DNA of 61,749 nt, the filler included, from Nemertoderma westbladi (taxonomy: Eukaryota; Animalia; Xenacoelomorpha), in the NCBI GenBank assembly GCA_032718475.1. It is 4 parts of 4 records of this genome, joined end to end, with 100 filler letters (N's around TTAATTAATTAA, not from the genome) between each part and the next. Parts side by side here need not be neighbours in the genome. Positions count along the whole stretch, not along the records: positions 49,675 to 61,749 come from JAUCBJ010008485.1; 3 more parts are not named here. One strand, given 5' to 3'. This document shows positions 58,059-61,749 of this stretch, in pieces (positions within the stretch are counted from its first letter, which is position 1; the number at the start of each line of letters is the position of its first letter). Below the pieces are notes generated by a model. The model ran no database searches, was not told the origin of the DNA, and worked only from the letters and a program-made list of their open reading frames with translations. Made by a program: the position numbers and the translations under genes.

Positions 58059-58178
58059 GTGCATACTGCAGTCCTGGTACGGTGGTACTCGCATAGGTCA
58101 GCTTGAGTTCAATTCAGGTTCGGTGTGTGTCTTTAATATATATATGTGGCCACTACATGGCTCCCCCCAGAACCTGAA

Positions 58179-59201
58179 TTAATAAAAATAGTCCGGCTGC
58201 CGGATGGCCCACCCACTTCGAGTTGCTATGGTAGTTTGCGGTGGTTTGGGTGAATTGCAGGGACTGGGGGGAGGGAGGTCCGGGGGTGTCACTGTAGGTG
58301 GTCGACCACGGCGCGGTGGGATGACCACAATGATGGGTTCATCGATAGCGAGGTGGGCTGGTTTGAGTCTGTCGATGGAGACGGTCTCCTGACGCCCACC
58401 CACCTCGATGACGAACGTCTTTGAGCCGCGCTGTACGACCTTGTACGGCCCGGTGTAGGGCCGCTGTAAGGGGGCGCGGTGAGCGTCAGTGCGTAAAAAG
58501 ACATAGTCACTGGTTGTTAGTTGTGACGGCACTGACGAGTTGGGTTGGCCATGACGGGAGGTTGGTGTGGGCATGAACTGCCGTGCGTGGTTGTGGAGGC
58601 CCGGGAGGAAAGCTGTCGAGTTCGGAGGGTCGGTTGGCGAGGCAACGAAGTCGCCAGGCACCGTGAGTGGCTCGCCGTAGACCAGCTCGGCCGACGAGCA
58701 GTGGAGGTCCTCTTTGGGGGCGGTCCGGTAGCCCAGAAGGGCCCATGGCAGTTCGTCAACCCAGTTTGGTCCAGTTAGTCGGGCTCTAAGGGAGGCCTTG
58801 AGGGAACGATGGAACCGTTCCACCAGGCCGTTTGCCTGCGGATGGTAGGCCGTCGTCCGGTGGAATTTGGTGCCAAAGAGTCTGTTGACGTCGGCCCACA
58901 ACTCCGAGATGAACTGACTGCCGCGGTCGGAGGATAGTTCAACCGGTACGCCGAACCGGGCGATCCAGTGGGCGACGAGAGCGCGGGCGCAGCTCTCGGT
59001 TGTGGAGTCGGCGAGCGGGATGGCCTCGGGCCAACGAGTAGTCCGGTCGACGATCGTAAACAGGTAGGTGGAGCCTCTGGATGGAGGGAGGGGCCCTACC
59101 AGGTCGACGTTGACATGGTCGAACCGGCGTCGAGGAACAGAGAATGTCTCGAGGGGGGCCTTTATATGGCGTTGAACTTTAGAGGTCTGGCGGCGACGCA
59201 A
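58179..59201 (-). CDS. Gypsy integrase core (DDE) + GPY/F C-terminal motif, frameshifted relative to RT-RH
   Basis: [43 protein letters not shown]. Confidence 0.92.
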   Translation of the reverse strand: MRRRQTSKVQRHIKAPLETFSVPRRRFDHVNVDLVGPLPPSRGSTYLFTIVDRTTRWPEAIPLADSTTESCARALVAHWIARFGVPVELSSDRGSQFISELWADVNRLFGTKFHRTTAYHPQANGLVERFHRSLKASLRARLTGPNWVDELPWALLGYRTAPKEDLHCSSAELVYGEPLTVPGDFVASPTDPPNSTAFLPGLHNHARQFMPTPTSRHGQPNSSVPSQLTTSDYVFLRTDAHRAPLQRPYTGPYKVVQRGSKTFVIEVGGRQETVSIDRLKPAHLAIDEPIIVVIPPRRGRPPTVTPPDLPPPSPCNSPKPPQTTIATRSGWAIRQPDYFY

Positions 59202-61216
59202 GCCTTGGCCCAGCTCGTCACTTGTTCGGACAGGCCGTGCCAGACGAAACGCTCGGAGAGGAGTTTCCTAGTGGAGCGGATTGATGGGTGGGACAGCGAA
59301 TGGACCACATCGAACATGTGGCGGCGCCACGTGCTGGGGACTATCGGCCGAGGTCGGCCCGTAGAGACGTCACAGAGGAGCGTGACGTCATCGTCCGCGA
59401 GTGTGACGTCACGTAGATCGAGGCTACCAGGGTTTGCCCGGAAGGCCTGTAGTTCGTCGTCCTCCCGTTGGGCGGCCGACATGGCCTTATAGTCGACCCC
59501 GAGTTGGGTCGACAGATGGCCCACGAAGCTGCGAGAGAGGGCGTCCGCGACCTGGTTGTCCTTTCCGTCTACGTGGCGTACATTCGTGGTGAATTCCGAG
59601 ATGTACGCCAGGTGGCGCTGTTGACGGGGGGACCAGGGGTCAGTGACCTTTGAGAAGGCCTGAGTTAGGGGTTTATGGTCCGTGTAGGCCACAAACGTTC
59701 GGCCTTCGAGAAAATAACGGAAGTGGCGGACCGCGAGGTATAAGCCGAGGAGTTCGCGGTCGTAGGCGCTGTACTTCCGTTCGGGAGGGCGAAGTTGTCG
59801 GCTGAAGAACGCGAGCGGTCGCCACTTTCCATCGGTCCACTGTTCTAGTGCCGCGCCGACAGCTGAGTCTGATGCGTCGGTGGTGACGGAGGTCGGCGCA
59901 TCGTGGCGAGGGTGGACGAGCATGGCGGCGTTTGCGAGGGCCCGCTTGGAGGACTCGAAGGACGCGGCTAGTTCGGGAGTCCAGTCGACGTCCTTAGCCT
60001 TGGTGGCGACGGCGGCGTAAAGTGGCTGCAGTGCGGCAGCAGCTGCGGGTATAAATCGGTGGTAAAACGTTACCATACCGATAAACTCCCGCAACCCTTT
60101 GGTGGTGGTTGGACGCGGGAAGGAGCGGACGGCTTCTACCTTATCGGGGAGCGGATGGGCGCCGGATGCATTTACGACGTGGCCCAGGAACTGGATTTCC
60201 GCCACCCCGAACACGCACTTCGCAAGGTTGACAACAAGGCCGTAGTCTTGGAGCCGCTGGAAGAGTTGACGCAGATGGGCGAGGTGTTCCTCGGGGGTTT
60301 CACTCGCGATGAGGATATCGTCGAGGTACACGTAGAGGAAGTCCAGCCCGGAGCACACAGAGTCCATCAGGCGTTGGAAGGCCTGGGCGGCGTTCTTGAG
60401 GCCGAACGGCATACGAACGAATTCGAAGAGGCCGAACGGAGTGACAACGGCGGTCTTGGGAATGTCTCCGGGCGCCACGGGGATCTGGTGGTAGCCCCGC
60501 ACCAGATCGACCTTGGAGAATATCGTGGCCCCTGCGAGTCGCGCCGAGAAGTCCTGGATGTGCGGGACGGGGTACCGATCGGGGGTCGTGGCGTCATTGA
60601 GGAGACGGTAGTCGCCGCAGGGCCGCCAACCGCCGTTTGGTTTGGGCGCCATGTGGAGGGGAGACGACCAGGGGCTATTCGAACGGCGAATAATCCCCAT
60701 CACCTCCATCTTGCGGAACTCTTCACGCGCGATCTCGAGTTTATCGAGAGGGAGTCGACGGGCGCGGGCGTGAACGGGAGGACCAGTGGTCGGAATGTAA
60801 TGCTCCACGCCGTGACGAGTGGACGAGTCCGAGAAGGTTGGCGTCGTGATGGCGGGGAACTCCGCCACGAGGTCGGAGTAAACTCGGTCCACGGAGGTCG
60901 ACGCGAGGTGAGGATGGGTTCCCGGGATGGTGGAGGAGGAGCAACGGAGGGGGATCGGCTGGAAAGTTTCCATGTCGATGAGTTGCTGCCCCTTAACGTC
61001 AACCATCAGGGCGTGGTCGCAGAGGAAATCAGCCCCAAGCAACGGTTGGGGGACGTCTGCGATGACGAAGTCCCAGTGGGTCCGCCGGTCGTTGAACCGC
61101 AGGGGGATAGAGCGCGTCCCGTAGGAACGAATCGATGATCCGTTGACGGCGCGGAGCGGCGGCCCAGTACGTCCGGAACGGGTGTCGAATCCAAAATCCG
61201 CTGGCGGGGAACACAC
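59162..61216 (-). CDS. Gypsy pol: protease C-terminal part, RT, RNase H and integrase zinc finger
   Basis: [54 protein letters not shown]. Confidence 0.95.
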   Translation of the reverse strand: MCSPPADFGFDTRSGRTGPPLRAVNGSSIRSYGTRSIPLRFNDRRTHWDFVIADVPQPLLGADFLCDHALMVDVKGQQLIDMETFQPIPLRCSSSTIPGTHPHLASTSVDRVYSDLVAEFPAITTPTFSDSSTRHGVEHYIPTTGPPVHARARRLPLDKLEIAREEFRKMEVMGIIRRSNSPWSSPLHMAPKPNGGWRPCGDYRLLNDATTPDRYPVPHIQDFSARLAGATIFSKVDLVRGYHQIPVAPGDIPKTAVVTPFGLFEFVRMPFGLKNAAQAFQRLMDSVCSGLDFLYVYLDDILIASETPEEHLAHLRQLFQRLQDYGLVVNLAKCVFGVAEIQFLGHVVNASGAHPLPDKVEAVRSFPRPTTTKGLREFIGMVTFYHRFIPAAAAALQPLYAAVATKAKDVDWTPELAASFESSKRALANAAMLVHPRHDAPTSVTTDASDSAVGAALEQWTDGKWRPLAFFSRQLRPPERKYSAYDRELLGLYLAVRHFRYFLEGRTFVAYTDHKPLTQAFSKVTDPWSPRQQRHLAYISEFTTNVRHVDGKDNQVADALSRSFVGHLSTQLGVDYKAMSAAQREDDELQAFRANPGSLDLRDVTLADDDVTLLCDVSTGRPRPIVPSTWRRHMFDVVHSLSHPSIRSTRKLLSERFVWHGLSEQVTSWAKACVAARPLKFNAI

Positions 61217-61346
61217 TCACCTGGGCGCCGGTGTCCACGAGGAAGTGGCGCCCGGAGATCCGGTCCCAGAGGTAGAGGAGGTTATCCCGCTGTTTGTATC
61301 GACCAGTCGACGCCGCGGCTACCGTCGGCTGGTCGGGGCGTTTCCC
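61205..61346 (-). CDS. Gypsy aspartic protease N-terminal part, in the -1 frame relative to gag
   Basis: [25 protein letters not shown] (DTG active site). Confidence 0.85.
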
Positions 61347-61749
61347 GGGAAGGAACACGGCGCCTTGCACTGCTTGGCAGCGCTACCGAACCGAGCGTGG
61401 TAGTAACACACGCTTTTGGTGTCAGGCTGAGCAGTGCCGGAGGAGTTTGTGGAGGAGTCCCTGGGGCGACGCGAGTTTGTCATCCCCCAGTTCACGCCGG
61501 CCAGTTGGGATTGTCCCTGGCGTTTGGCCAACCAAAGAACGTCGGCGGTCGCAGCCAGGGCGCGGGGGTCCTCGAAAGAGTCGTTGGAGATTTGTAGCCG
61601 AATGTCCTCGGGGAGCTGTTCGAGGAAGAGTTGCTCGAACAGCAAACACGGCGTGTGCCCGGTGAGGAGCCCCAGCATCTCGTCCATGAGTTCGGACGGC
61701 TTGCGGTCGCCCAGCCCACGCATATGGAGGAGTCTCGCAGCGCGCTCCC
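61319..61749 (-). CDS. Gypsy gag C-terminal part (runs off the window)
   Basis: GLGDRKPSELMDEM, LFLEQLP and the Cys/His knuckle CYYHARFG..A..C..PC. Confidence 0.9.
   Translation of the reverse strand, partial: ERAARLLHMRGLGDRKPSELMDEMLGLLTGHTPCLLFEQLFLEQLPEDIRLQISNDSFEDPRALAATADVLWLAKRQGQSQLAGVNWGMTNSRRPRDSSTNSSGTAQPDTKSVCYYHARFGSAAKQCKAPCSFPGNAPTSRR

Larger units (their letters stand above)
58067..61749 (-). mobile_element. Gypsy (Ty3/Metaviridae) LTR retrotransposon, 3' part, antisense in an intron of the LamG-EGF gene
   Basis: Domain order gag-PR-RT-RNaseH-IN. A PPT (GGGGGGAG, ~58161-68) is followed by TGTAGTGG, the start of the 3' LTR at 58157. Confidence 0.96.

Noticed and set aside
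58968-61665. Long antisense ORFs over Gypsy pol (e.g. 60059-61138, 359 aa)
   Set aside because: Expected shadow frames of a GC-rich coding sequence. No recognisable domain.

Overview
AT-rich, intron-containing animal (probably invertebrate) nuclear DNA in four contigs, joined by artificial N-TTAATTAATTAA-N linkers at 18811-18910, 35821-35920 and 49575-49674. Repeats dominate the window. There are three large tandem arrays (29, 55 and 21 bp units) and several minisatellites. Retroelements include RTE, CR1-like and L2 LINE remnants, a solo LTR with a 5-bp TSD, a related pol-less two-LTR element, and a GC-rich near-intact Gypsy element at the right end. DNA transposons include piggyBac-, hAT-, Harbinger- and Tc1/mariner-like non-autonomous elements and a Ginger1/GIN1-like integrase remnant. 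Host genes: a two-coding-exon ZNF706 (missed by the ORF track), an intronless same-strand cluster of a 53-aa membrane-anchored sORF, GATC and an RNase H1-like ORF, and the 5' part of a secreted LamG + calcium-binding-EGF gene. The two most unusual signals are (i) the compact sORF-GATC-RNase H1 cluster, which looks like a polycistronic unit of mitochondrial proteins, and (ii) a minimal hammerhead ribozyme lying between tRNA-type A and B boxes and followed by a Pol III-like terminator (~17709-17811). All family assignments come from visual motif recognition; no database search was run.
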